A stretch of DNA of 55,479 bases, filler included, from Sphacelaria rigidula (Eukaryota), in assembly GCA_964200075.2 (NCBI GenBank). It is 3 parts of 3 records of this genome, joined end to end, with 100 filler letters (N's around TTAATTAATTAA, not from the genome) between each part and the next. Parts side by side here need not be neighbours in the genome. Positions count along the whole stretch, not along the records: positions 37,059 to 55,479 come from CAXNAA020000861.1; 2 more parts are not named here. The stretch is one strand, 5' to 3'. The position numbers and the translations under genes are program-made. Positions 44,072 to 55,479 of the stretch are shown one piece after another. The notes beneath the pieces were generated by a model. The model saw nothing but the letters and a program-made list of their open reading frames with translations. It had not been told where the DNA came from and ran no database searches. Each line of letters opens with the position of its first letter. The stretch's first letter is position 1.

Positions 44072-46179
44072 AAAAAGTTGACGTGCATCGGTGTTATTCG
44101 TTTTCAATGTTATGGAGGCGTTAGCGAGAAAGACGTGTACCTTCCAGTAGTTGGGGTCATGTTCCGCAGATTCATCTATGTTCCGTTCAGAGAGGAGGTC
44201 AGCGTGAGAAGAGGGATGGGCACTGTCAGCTTCAACAGGTGGCTTCACGGGCGATGCCCCACAGTGGAAAAGGTCGCATGACGCACGAGATCCGTCACGG
44301 CACATTGCAAGTGATTACTGCTGAAAATACGTCTATTTACGCTAGGGCGGGGCGGAGTCGGTGCAGGCTTCTCGAGATGCGGGCCCCACCCCGTGCGCAC
44401 CCCTCTTGAAAGACACATGTACAGCTGTAGTATACGAACATACCTATATACTGCTCGCTGTCTGTGTTGGCTGCTGTGCACAGACCATAGCAGTGATGCC
44501 TTGGGCGATACTACCTCCTCACTGCACAGCGGCAGGGTGCAGGGTGACAAAGTACACCGCAGAATGCTACACCCTTAGCCTATCTCTGTGCCGCCGTGAT
44601 TCCCCGCTGTCTTATGCAGTTCGCCACAGTATGAACGCAGACGCTTTTGCTGCGGCCAACGTATACGTGGGATATCACGATATCACCCCGCGCGACGCGC
44701 TATATCGCTGCGCCACATTTTGTACAGCTACTCGTGTAGCCGCGAAGTGTGCGTTTCCCCCAGGTGGCACACGCAGGAGTGAAGGGCCGCCTCCGCTACT
44801 GTAACGGCTGCCCGTATCTCGGGCGAAGCTGTATGGTAACACAGCCGCTACGGCGCGAAATCCGCCCGTGACAATTCGCGTTGTCGAAATTTTTACCCGA
44901 TGGTGTCTATATGTAGCGTGCAGTTGCAGACTACAAGTACGCGTACAAACAACATTTCATAAATTACAGCAGGCAATCAATTTCATACTCTGCGCGGTAC
45001 ACTTTCAATATTGTGTACGTACTGACGGTAGAATCCTTTGCCCAGGGCATATAGTAGTGTATTTCGCAAAAAAATTGGCGCGTTGAAATCGTGAAAAAAT
45101 CCGCAACATATGGGCAAAGCGCGAGTGGGGCAATCGCCAAAATATTCACATGCGAACTCTGCCCTAGGGCACTGCAAGTTGATATCGCTAGAAGAACACT
45201 ATTACAACAACCTTGCCGGCTTCCAGACTGTCAGCACTTGAAATACGCTAGCATTGCTACTTTCTGTACGGATATGTTGCCCCATTGTCGGGTACTCTGG
45301 AAAGGGTACGAGGCAGAACGCAGTGGTATCGCGAGAGAAGCTTGACCTTCACATGTCGAGCTTTTTGGATCTGGAATCTTCAGCCGCCGACCCTCTTGTA
45401 TGTGAGGGAGCCTAGAGGCTGCTTATTTGCTGGGTTTCTATGAGCTTTCATCCCTAGCTGGACTAAGATCGACGATGACGCCCGCGGGGTCCGTTCCGGT
45501 CTGCGAGTCCGACCGATGCCGTGCCCAGTATAATCGTCATGAGACAGGAAGCGCTGAATAAAAAAACAATATTGGTGAGCCTGGTATCCACCGTTTCAAT
45601 GCAGACCGGGCCCTCACCGCCTTCTACGGATGCACGAGCGGCTGTGAGGCCTTCTTCTTGTACCAATCAACACATCCTTCAAGTTTCGGCGTCATCACTA
45701 GCGAGATGCGGATTTTCTTCACGCCAAACCTTCGAAAACATCGCCTCCATAACATTGAAAAGGGATAACACTGATCGTGTAGATAGATTGAGCAGGTATA
45801 CACGTGACCGTGGCTGTTGTTGTATCCTCCTATAGGCATTCATGGCCCGTGCCTTGCGTTGATAGGAAAGGTGTGTTGTCCTTTGGTGTGATGCGCCCTT
45901 GGGTGCACATAAATACGGCGAGTAGTCCGGCGATGCCCTTGGGCGAATCGCCGGTCGAACGTGAAGAAAAGCAATGTTATTAATCAAACGACTCAGAAAT
46001 CACCTATCAGGTGAAAGACATGACCTTGCACTAGACGTCTCGGAGTACTGAGCGACCCGGCCACCGCACGCGCACCGGCTCCAGGCGTTGGGCTATGTTC
46101 AATTTTGTTCCGCACAGCGGGCGAACCGCAACCCCCGGCATCGTTGGTAACACCGATTGCAGCCGATCATCAAAATTAG

Positions 46180-46580
46180 GGATGGAGATTTTCAATGAGG
46201 ACGACTACCCGGAAAGTTAAAATGTTGTTATCCACACCAATACGTCGACATATTGTTGCATTCGGTCACGTACTGGCAGCCATTGGCGACAACTGTACGT
46301 CAAATGAAATTTGATTCGCAGAACCGAAAATTTGGGGTCCAAGGTGAAAAGGCGATGTTGGGGAATGTTGGTCATCCTTACGGATCACGTACGTTACCCA
46401 GATTTTGTTTTCACCTGGGGTCCCGAGATTTCGGTGAGTGGAACCCAGAGTTTACGGTGTGTAGTGTTTACCTACAGCTACCGGTGTGTGAACGGATGCA
46501 ACAATATTTCGAAGAATTTCTGCGGACACGATGATTTAAGCTTTCCCGTTATTATCCCCAATGAAAAGCTCCACCCTCGA
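46180..46580. mobile_element. MITE/foldback family F1, diverged inverted copy
   Basis: tatccacacc arm, inverted core accgaaaatttggggtcc...tgttggggaat, and closing atatttcgaaga arm. Confidence 0.5.
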
Positions 46581-47136
46581 TTTTGATGACCGAATGTTCA
46601 ATGTGCTGAACGCCAGAGAGGCGACATCGGATGGTGTTTTTTCTCCCTCTCTACTTGCCAGTTTCTCACCGACATTCTGCCTGCACCACTCCGGACACTC
46701 GATGTGACCACCTATTCTTCGAAGCAAACAACGGCACCATTTTAGCGGTACCACTCTTTTGATTCCGAAAGCCTACGGTCTCGCGAACGACACAGCGAGT
46801 CAGCGGAATGTGACCGTGCGTTACACGTTGCACGGCCCACCCCACGAGCACGCTTCACGCGCCATTCCAGCGACAACGGCATGCACACGTGTGTAACGTA
46901 GTTTCTACTGGCGGGCAATGTTGGTTGTCGCACGTGTTATTGCAGGAAATATATATCCCCACGATATGTAGACTGGTGCTACGGGATAGAGGTGCACAAA
47001 GATATCCCGAGCTTCGAAATGTTACGTACCCTCAATCTCATCCAAACCACGACTTGTAATAATGTTTTCGCGAGTTCGAGAGCCTACCGTAGATTGGGAT
47101 CGAGTTTGCCATGTTTCACTCCAAGTTGTATTCGTA

Positions 47137-47350
47137 TTCGACTTAACGGTCCACGAGGCAAGGGGACTGCTGGACCCCTCTCGCGATAAAAATTAAAAGG
47201 CAAGCACCGCATAAGGAATGTGGAGAACTAGATAACTAGAATAAAATGTTGTATAGGCCTTCCTCCTCTGTGACCCCGGCTGGTGCGTCCACATACACCG
47301 AAAGGTGTAGACCGGCGTCCAGAATAGATGGGACGGCGACACACAACACT
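47137..47350 (+). mobile_element. 5'-truncated copy of the SINE family
   Basis: cgactt.acggtccacgagg.aaggg..c.gct...cccctctcgcga and the tail match 20382-20575. Confidence 0.7.
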
Positions 47351-49068
47351 CCGAGTTGATCATTTTTTGCCATTTTGTATGTGTGTGTGTGTGTTTCCTC
47401 TGGAGCACGGTCGTGTGCTCACAGGTTCACGTCGATACATTATTCAGTGTCACAGGCTTCATAGCAACCTGCCACAGAAAGCATTTTGGTCCTCATCGAA
47501 AGTCCGGCGGAGAACTTCGGACCCGAATTCATTCCGTTTATCGGTCGACGGTTTCTCCTTCTTAGTCGTATCTAATCAAAGTCTCAATCTCGCGAAAACA
47601 TTGCATTATAAAATATGTGAGCACGTCACCATCCGCATTTTCGAGGGCTCGGGATATCCGGATTGCATTATTAAACAGGAACTAGTGGTAAGCCACGGCT
47701 GACGCGCGTGGCAGCAGTGCCGCAGGTTTCAACGCCACGGGTCTCGCATGCGTGAAGGCATTGAACAAAATGATGGACAAAAAATGACCCTAACATCAAC
47801 CATAATTAATTAATATAAGGGTCGTCATTTACCCTTCGTCGGCGAGAGTAGGTCATTTATTGAATCGGCGTCAATTTCACTTGAAAAAAGTATGCATGAT
47901 CCAGATGGACTACCCTGGGCGGTCTAAGGATAGACGGGCTTCATTTTTGATGTTTTCCTATATATTTTTATTGATGAAAACTTTGGCAACATAAAATCCG
48001 GTAACAGCGGCCCTATAAGCAGGTAACGACTTCGAACCGCACGGCTAAACGTAAGCATCACAAAAGAAAAGGGAATTCTGATCGTGTTGGTGCTAACCCA
48101 GCAGCGCTGCATTCATAGGGAATTTGCCCGGAAAAAGTAAGCGCCAAACCGAGTAGAAAGGCGCCCCGTCATTCGTCCACCCTCCCACCGGATGTACAAT
48201 GACGAAGGCTGAGAGCATCGATTCCTAGCTAGTTGATCCTCGCCGGCAGTAGTGAGGCGTCGGCCGCCTGCATCGCATGTGCAACACGCTGGTTGCATGC
48301 ATCTACTCGAGAGCAAGGGTATTCGTTGAGAGCCATGATGACTTGTTCCTGGCGCGTGTCGAGGGCGTACCCGTTGGCGTTGAGGGTGTTGGCTGCGTTG
48401 ACATCATACTGTTGCTATAAAACGCCTGGCGGTAGCCATTAGCGATGTTTTCGAACCCCGCTGGCCTGTCGTAACCATTATAACAGTCCGAACAGTCCCC
48501 TTTTTCACGTTTGTGTGCGGATTCAGTCGATACCACCCGCCCTTGCAAGGTCACTGCAAAATTTACGATGAGCGACCCATATCATCAGGCCCCACCTTCC
48601 CCCTTTCTGATATCTCCTCAGCGCGTGTCTTCGGCCATTTATGTTCAGGGAACTTTCTGTCAGATCGTATTTTTCCTTTCCACCGCAATTCACTTTATTT
48701 TAGTTGTATAGCATCTGTGAATACTCCGGGTACGATCATATATATATATATATATATACACCTATTTTTTCCCCTCATACCTTAGTTTGGGTAGTTCATG
48801 TGACCACAGAAGGCGTCCGCATCAAATGCCCAGCAGGGATTATTACTACGCATATATCGGAACGGTTTTGAGGCGGAAATAACAACAACAACGACAACAG
48901 CCTTACGTTTGCGAAGACACGCCCTTAGGCGGGGTCTTATCGAAAGTAATGATCACTGTTGAATCGTCACTTCTTGAAATTGATTGCCCCAACAACGACC
49001 AGTTGTCAGTGTTTTCGAAAAGCATCTTTGTTCAGATTAGAGTTGTACGCCAGCTATTGACCACATAA

Positions 49069-49487
49069 GGCCGCTTCTTATTCAGTCAGGAAACGGACTC
49101 TCTGAGAACTGCCCTCTTTGAGCCTTTCATCGCGGATTTTCGGCGAAATACAGACCTTGGCGGATTGGGCCTCCTCCCGACAGTTTTGCTATGCTTTCCA
49201 AGAAGATTCTAGCGCACTTTCCCAATTTGTCGTCGCACAGTTTTACGTTTGGCCAAATTCTCGATTTTCCTTTATAGGCGACTAAAAAAGTCGGGAATCC
49301 GGCCAAAAGTAAATTGGGGGACGAAAAGTCGGGAATATGCGCTAGAATCCTCTTGGAAAGCATGGCAAATCTGTCAGAGGAGGCCCAATCCGCCAAGGTC
49401 CATATTCCGCCAAAAATCCGTGATGAAAGGCTCAAGAAGAGCAGTTATCAGAGACTCCGATTTTCGACTACTCGTATAAGAAGCGCC
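49069..49487. mobile_element. Foldback MITE (PIF/Harbinger-like ends), ~420-bp hairpin
   Basis: TAA|GGCCGCTTCTTAT...ATAAGAAGCGCC; arms pair over >150 bp (e.g. gaccttggcggattgggcctcctc / gaggaggcccaatccgccaaggtc). Confidence 0.75.
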
Positions 49488-49941
49488 TACGGGTTGATTT
49501 ATTATTCAAAAAGTTTATCTCGTTATTAAAATTCAATTCATCATAGAATCAGTTTGCTGTCGATTGTCAATTGATCCACACGTTCCGCCGCTGCGAGACA
49601 GACAGCTGCGACCATGAACAACTGCCAATCGCTGAGGATACAGCCGTCAGTGCTGGCTCAGTTTGTTTGCCCCAACCTGCACGCACCCGACTTGTCTGTC
49701 ATACTGTGCTCGATCACAGCACCCGCCTTTTGACGGCGAGTGTATATACGCCAGTTTCACATGAAAAAATTGCATGATCCTGATGGGCTATCCACCACGC
49801 CGTCTAAACGTGTGACTGGCCTATAAAACACTCAAAAGTCAGCCCTTATTAGACCGCGGTACGAGTAGTCCATCTGGATCATGCATACTTTTTCAAGCGA
49901 AATCGATGCCGATCCAGCAGGTGACCTACGCTCGCGGTTTA

Positions 49942-50420
49942 GGCCGCCCCTTATAATACACAAAAATATAAATATGGAAAAGTGCTTCTTTTAAGCTTTC
50001 ACGTCATTGTACGCCCCAAAATGGAGCTAGGCGGAGTTTGACACCTTGGAACGACTTGCTTTACTAGTTGAGGCGGTTCCTGGACATCTTCCCGTTTTCC
50101 CGTAGTCGCAGTTTTTATTTTGACCAAACAAGAATTTTTGTCCAAGAACGGTAAAAAACAGTCGAGTCCAGAGAAAAGTGGCGATTACTTCTAGATTTGA
50201 TTGTTTTTCACCGTTCTTGGACAAAAAATCTTGTTTGGCCAAAATATAAACTGCGGCCACGTGAAAACGGGGAGATGTCCTGGAACCGCCTCAACTAGTA
50301 GAGGAAGTCATTGCAAGGTGTTAAACTCCGCCTAGCTCTCTTTTTGGGCGTAAAACGACGTGAGAGCTTCAAAAAAGCACTTTTTAATATTCATATTTTT
50401 GTCTGTTATGAGGAGCGGCC
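49942..50420. mobile_element. Foldback MITE (PIF/Harbinger-like ends), ~480-bp almost fully palindromic
   Basis: TTA|GGCCGCCCCTTAT...ATGAGGAGCGGCC|TTG; ~235-bp imperfect arms around a short loop near 50180. Confidence 0.8.
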
Positions 50421-50864
50421 TTGGGGGTCGAGTACCGAAGAAGACAGCTCAACGAACAGCTGCACAGCCACCACGTGATTCTTTCAACCGTGTATAGACA
50501 ACATTTAGTCCGTCCACTCCGCTGTACAGAACGGAGCACGACAGCAGTACAGCTGTTGAGGCACTCTCGAGCGCAGATCCAACTACATTTGATGAGGGTT
50601 CAAACGTTCAACAGCACAGCAACAACGCAACTACAAGATAGAAGTGATAGGTGTAGGCAACGCCTTCTTTGTTGTACGGAAGATGAAGCAGCCAACACAC
50701 CATGAAGTTTTCGACGGTGTGTAGACAGCACTGCATGCCTACTAACATGATTATTTTTTACAGCGACGAACAAACAGTGCGGTGATAGCTCAGGCAGTTC
50801 CAGCGGAAACCAAGCCGTCTTGGCGAGATCTAAACACACCAGATTTCAGTGACAGCTCAACAGG

Positions 50865-51335
50865 ATGTGAGAAAGGCCGTGAGCATGTTGGTACTGTAGC
50901 GCCAACTCACACATGCAGACACGGGTCACCACGAGCGAGCAGCAAAAATAGCAGCAGCAACGTCGCACGAACACCGCCGGTGAACATATCGCACACGCTT
51001 GTGGGCTGCCAACACCTCCGCACAGCATTGCTCCCACTACACCATCATAGTACAGTGCGGCACACACAACGCTGGTACCCGTACAGAGATATTTGCCCGC
51101 AAATGTCTTGATTTTACGGTAGTGTTCGAAAGTACAAATGCATGGCTCAGTAGCGTGTGAGAAAGGACGTGAGCATGTTTGTGCTGAAGCACCAGCTCAC
51201 ATATGCAGACAAGGGTCACCACGAGCTAGCGGCAAAAACAGCAGCAGCAACCTCGCACGAAGATCGCCGGTGAACGCATCGCACACGCTTGTGGGCTGCC
51301 AACACCTCCGCACAGCATTGCTCCCACTATACTGT
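50865..51335. repeat. Tandem duplication, ~290-bp period
   Basis: gtgagaaagg..gtgagcatgtt...gcacacgcttgtgggctgccaacacctccgcacagcattgctcccacta at 50867-51040 and 51157-51330. Confidence 0.85.
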
Positions 51336-52264
51336 CATGTACAGTGTTTGGAAGTAAATACTCGTATCCATGTGTCACATAACCCCCTCGGCTGTGAACC
51401 CTTCGACATGTGGGAAAAGGCGGGGTTGCATGACGATGGCATGCTAGCTGCATCTATCTGGGTGTTGTTTTTTCGAGCAAGCAGCTGTTTGGGTACCCTT
51501 GTATCTTCCGACCCCGACACAGGTGGCAATCAGCAGTGTACTGCTTCCACAATAGCGACGATGTGTCCTTTATTGCACTGCCTGTACATACAGATAGTAG
51601 AGGTACTGTAAGCACTCTCCTCCTTCAGCGCTCTCGCCGTACTACGGTACCACCAGTGATCATCCAATCCCGGAAGGCAGCTATTACGCTGTGTACATAC
51701 TGTGATGCTACTACTGTCGTATAGTACATGCAAAACCGTCTGCCGTTCACGTGGGTGCTTGAAGTCTCCGAAAAAACACGCACAGATACGTGCACTAGGT
51801 TGCATTTTTTTTAAACAATATATGCGCATTAGCGATACCTTTGCTGTGATGTACACACAGCAGCCTTCGTTTGACGAAAATTCGTTTGGAGTGGTGTTGG
51901 ATGAAGGCCAGCCGTGTTTATGCAACAATCTTTTTCGTATGGCACGGGTTTGTTTTTTCTGCTCTACCCCCCGTTGACCCCCTCCCGAACAAAGAATCCC
52001 AGAAGAGAGTCGCAGGGGTGGGTGTATTACGGTGTGGCGATGAGAAGGTGGTGCTATATATTTGGGTATGTGGTTCTATATATTCTCGTATGTGAAAGGA
52101 TGTGAAAGGAAGAGCATGGATGGGAAGGGAGCGTTGGACACGAGAAGAGCGTCTGTAAAAATATTGTTCCGATAAGGATCATTGTTGACTTGGATATAGT
52201 ATGGGGAAACCGGACACCACCGATTTGATTCCAGTATACAGCGGAGCGACATTACGGTATTAAT

Positions 52265-52310
52265 AAATAGGATAGGATAGGATAGGATAATATATATAGG
52301 ATACATAGGA
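52265..52310. repeat. (ATAGG)n microsatellite
   Basis: ataggataggataggataggataatatatataggatacataggat. Confidence 0.8.
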
Positions 52311-52734
52311 TATCCTGACCCATAATCTTGCGTAACTCCTGGCCTTGGGAGGTCCTGAATGGTGAAGATTTGAGATCAAATGTGCAACCCTCAACGTAGC
52401 AAGAACCAAAACCGACTGAATGCGACGCAATTACTTTCCGCTCAATTCGGTTACGACCTTAGAAACTGATGGGTTTTCACGCCGCATTTCACATGTTTCA
52501 ACACCCCTTACCGAGGTGGCAAAATCTCGATAAGCATGGCAGCTGCAGAGACAAATCAAGTTGCTCTGTGAAGATAAAATGTATGCCTACCAGTCTTCCA
52601 GTTCCTGGCTGCACGGACCCCTGTCGCAGATGAAAAAATGGGAGTAAAGCGAAGATAGTCTACAGCAGATACTACACTATTCCGAGACCTAACTGAAGCA
52701 CTCCTAGGCTTGAAGGAATACCTAGTAGTTATTT

Positions 52735-53070
52735 GTACCACCCTGCAGAGTTTCAGCTTGCAGATATCCGAACAGTACCAGTAACCTTCACCTTCGATTG
52801 TGTGTCCGAGGGGCACGTTGGAATATGACTTTTTCGCTTGTACACATAGTAACAACTCTTCTGAGGGGTATCCATCGCTTGTTTGTGAGCCGTACCGGGT
52901 GAAATTGAGCCAGACTTCGATTAGAATATAGCTTCGGATACATGCTACAGTTGTGTGTCATTATTGTTGTGATCTTACCCTCTGCACACTTCTTTGATTC
53001 CGTCGCGCCTTCGTTTTGGGGGTGGTGGTGGGGAACGTGACACTTTCCCTCGGCGCAACACTGCGGAGGC
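52735..53070 (-). pseudogene. Degenerate spliced PHD-finger relic
   Basis: PPPPKRRRDGIKEVCRG|intron 52978-52878 (gtaaga...acaag)|DGYPSEELLLCVQAKKSYSNVPLGHTIEGEGYWYCSDICK; PHD spacing with several zinc ligands lost. Confidence 0.45.
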
Positions 53071-53869
53071 GTCTAGATATGCAGCTGCAGTGAAAAAGCA
53101 TATTGTGCTGAAGGCCGACTCATGCGTTCGCGCTACACTGTTTCATGGCGAGAGTGGGGAATATTCCAATGCCATTTTCGACACGTGTTTCAAATTCAAT
53201 TCCCTCGGGAAACAGATACCTGCATTGTTGCCGCAGTTTGGAGCAAAACAGAGCTCGACTCTCACCCAGTGGGTGTTATGCTCCGTCACTACGACGTAGG
53301 TGTGGAATGGTCACCTCCCGTTAAGCGCGGAACCCCTCCATCATGTCTTACCTCCCTGAAGAGAAGGATCTGCGAGCTATGGTCACGATACCGCCGGAAA
53401 TCTTGGATGATAGTCGAGACATTCTCTTGAAGATGTTTACGCCAATGATACCCTGCCGTAGAGTAGGTACTGTGGTGTCCTGCACCGTTCATGAACATGA
53501 CCCTCCCGGTTGTGTTATTTTCTAAATATGTCGCTAGCGTGTTCGTTAGAGGAATCTATCCGCAGCAGCGTTGCAGTCAGTAGCATCACAGATCCTACGG
53601 GTCGGGGGATGCCTGAACCACAGCACTGGTTCATCAATGCCGACTACCGTGCAGTATTGGCGATATGACTACGGCGGTAGGACACATATTGTGACAAGGT
53701 GCGATAAAATGGGACATAAGCTGGCACATATGCACTGGTGAAAGTTCCACAGGAACCCCCGACGCGTCTGCTTGCTTTCGTACTATACAGCACAGTATGC
53801 GTGTTGTGTTGTCGTCCCATCTATTCTGGACGCCGGTCCACACCTTTCGGTATATGTGGGCTACGAGTA

Positions 53870-54035
53870 CAGTACAGTATTTCGAGATTTCAATACCTAC
53901 CTTACCCGCCTAATCGGGTATTTCGTATTTTCAAATGTCGTACCTACGATATGTACGATACAACGGTATTCCGATATTTCAATACATACCGCATCCGATC
54001 AATCAGGTGTTGTCAAATGTCGTACCTTCGATATA
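53870..54035. repeat. ~90-bp tandem repeat with a further copy at 54945-54995
   Basis: gtatt.cga.atttcaatac.tacc...caaatgtcgtacct.cgatat repeated. Confidence 0.6.
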
Positions 54036-54099
54036 GTGGTCAGCATCAGAACTTTTCAGAATTCGTAGTTGTTGTAGTTCTTGAGTTTTTCTCGAGCAT

Positions 54100-54870
54100 T
54101 GTTCTTGATTACTACTTGAAAGTGCTAGCGCCGGTAGATTTAGGGGGGAGCGTAGGCCGCGCTCAAACTGCCGTGCCCAAGGTGGTGCTTTTGGGGCGAT
54201 ACGGACTAGATACGTTCATCAGGAGGGTGTTATTGACCGTTTTCGTTTCACTTGAAACAGTTTTCCGGCTCTTCTGCAACGGAACCGTAGATATTCAGAT
54301 AAATGAGTACGTATACAATTCTTCACAATGACGATCAGGATCGTGTTTCCCTCCTATACCGCACAGACCTCAGTCGAGCATTTTCTGCGGATGGCCTGCT
54401 TTCGTTTTTTTTTTCCATAACATTTTCCATGAGCACTCGAAAGTGTTAGCGCCGATAGTTTCGGCAAGAACAGCAGACCGTGCTCGAATCACAATGCCCA
54501 AGTTGGTGTTGTGGGGGTGATACGGAGCAAAGATCCCGTTTTCAGGAGGGTGTTACTGATCGTGAATGGTCCAAGAAACATAGTTTTCCGGCTTTAGCGC
54601 AGTGAATAGGTGGGATTTAAAGAAAAACAATCCCTTTTGAGTCTTCACTTATATGATCGGAATCGAGTTGGTACACCAAAAATACCGAAAAGCTAGAGCC
54701 TTGGGTTGCACTTTCGCAGGGCCCCCGAAGATCGGCCAAGCCCGTAAGTCACTCGATATTGATCGCCGATATTATTTCTTTCAATATTTGTCAAGAGGAT
54801 AAAAATATCTCCAGTTGCCCATTTTTTGGCATCCAACAGTCACTGTGATGAGCGGTGGCAAGCGAAACAA
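54100..54870. mobile_element. F4-related repeats with an internal duplication
   Basis: caggagggtgtta.tga (54220, 54543; cf. 19145) and gcccccgaagatcggccaagcccgtaagtcactc (54721; cf. 19307). Confidence 0.55.
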
Positions 54871-55479
54871 ATTTGGAAAATATTTGAGAAACTAAGAAAT
54901 TACGAAATCTGCATACTTCTGACGCTGACTACTGTACCACCTATACCATGGTATTTCGAGATTTCAATACCTACCGTACCCGCTCAATCGGGTACGGATA
55001 GCGACAGATGTTAAGAAACTCTTATTTGGAGCGAGGCTCGGCGTCTTATGTCCTCTCCGATTGCTGCAGAAATGCCTAACTTCGTGTTCTTTTTGTTCGA
55101 AGGGGAGCAAAATTCCATATGCTTTATTTTGAAGTTCTTATTTTGCACAGGCATCCAATACCACATATTTCTCCCTGAGCGCTTGTCAAGAATCATGTTT
55201 GGCACATTGCATCCATCACGCATACTGTGTTTCACCAGCTTTTCATTATATGACAAAGCTCTCCAGGACTGTAGGGGTGAAAGTTCTTGTTGCCCACCTC
55301 CGACGACTACACAACTGTTGTAGCACTGTACCACTGTAGCTAGAAGAGCCATTCAATCGACATGGTCTATATTACGCACGTTGGGCGTTGATGCTCTCCC
55401 CCCGCTACTGACTGGTGCTCCGTCTCGAAAAGGATGCGTGGTCAATGGTCACACGACTAAGGCAAGCAACAAATGAGCA

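Noticed and set aside
51720-51930. EsV-1-7-like cysteine repeat (CRSRGCLKSP...QQPSF...)
   Set aside because: Only a vague partial resemblance, with no repeated motif or FCxxH; cannot be supported by eye.

Overview
Eukaryotic, intron-rich, repeat-rich genomic DNA (~50% GC). It is most consistent with a stramenopile, probably a brown alga; this is an inference from gene architecture, long AG-free intron 3' ends and the Sec61-beta sequence. The six-frame ORF track is mostly noise because the genes are spliced. Three protein-coding genes can be rebuilt exon by exon with consistent GT-AG phases: (1) a JMJD6/PSR-like JmjC dioxygenase on + (4688-12978, 5' exon(s) unresolved) with a large acidic insertion inside the JmjC fold; (2) Sec61 beta on - (22111-27135); (3) an EGLN/prolyl-4-hydroxylase-like 2OG-Fe(II) dioxygenase on - (30556-~40326). 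The rest is dominated by non-autonomous elements (several MITE/foldback families, piggyBac-like TTAA mini-elements, a tRNA-derived SINE), decayed coding relics (a DUF6589-like fragment, a spliced PHD-finger relic) and two artificial 100-nt scaffold gaps. The most unusual signal is inside the 4-kb Sec61-beta intron: a ladder of AG-free tracts, each ending in an acceptor followed 3-12 nt later by a donor. These are candidate 3-nt and other micro-exons (or recursive-splicing units) and need RNA-seq confirmation.
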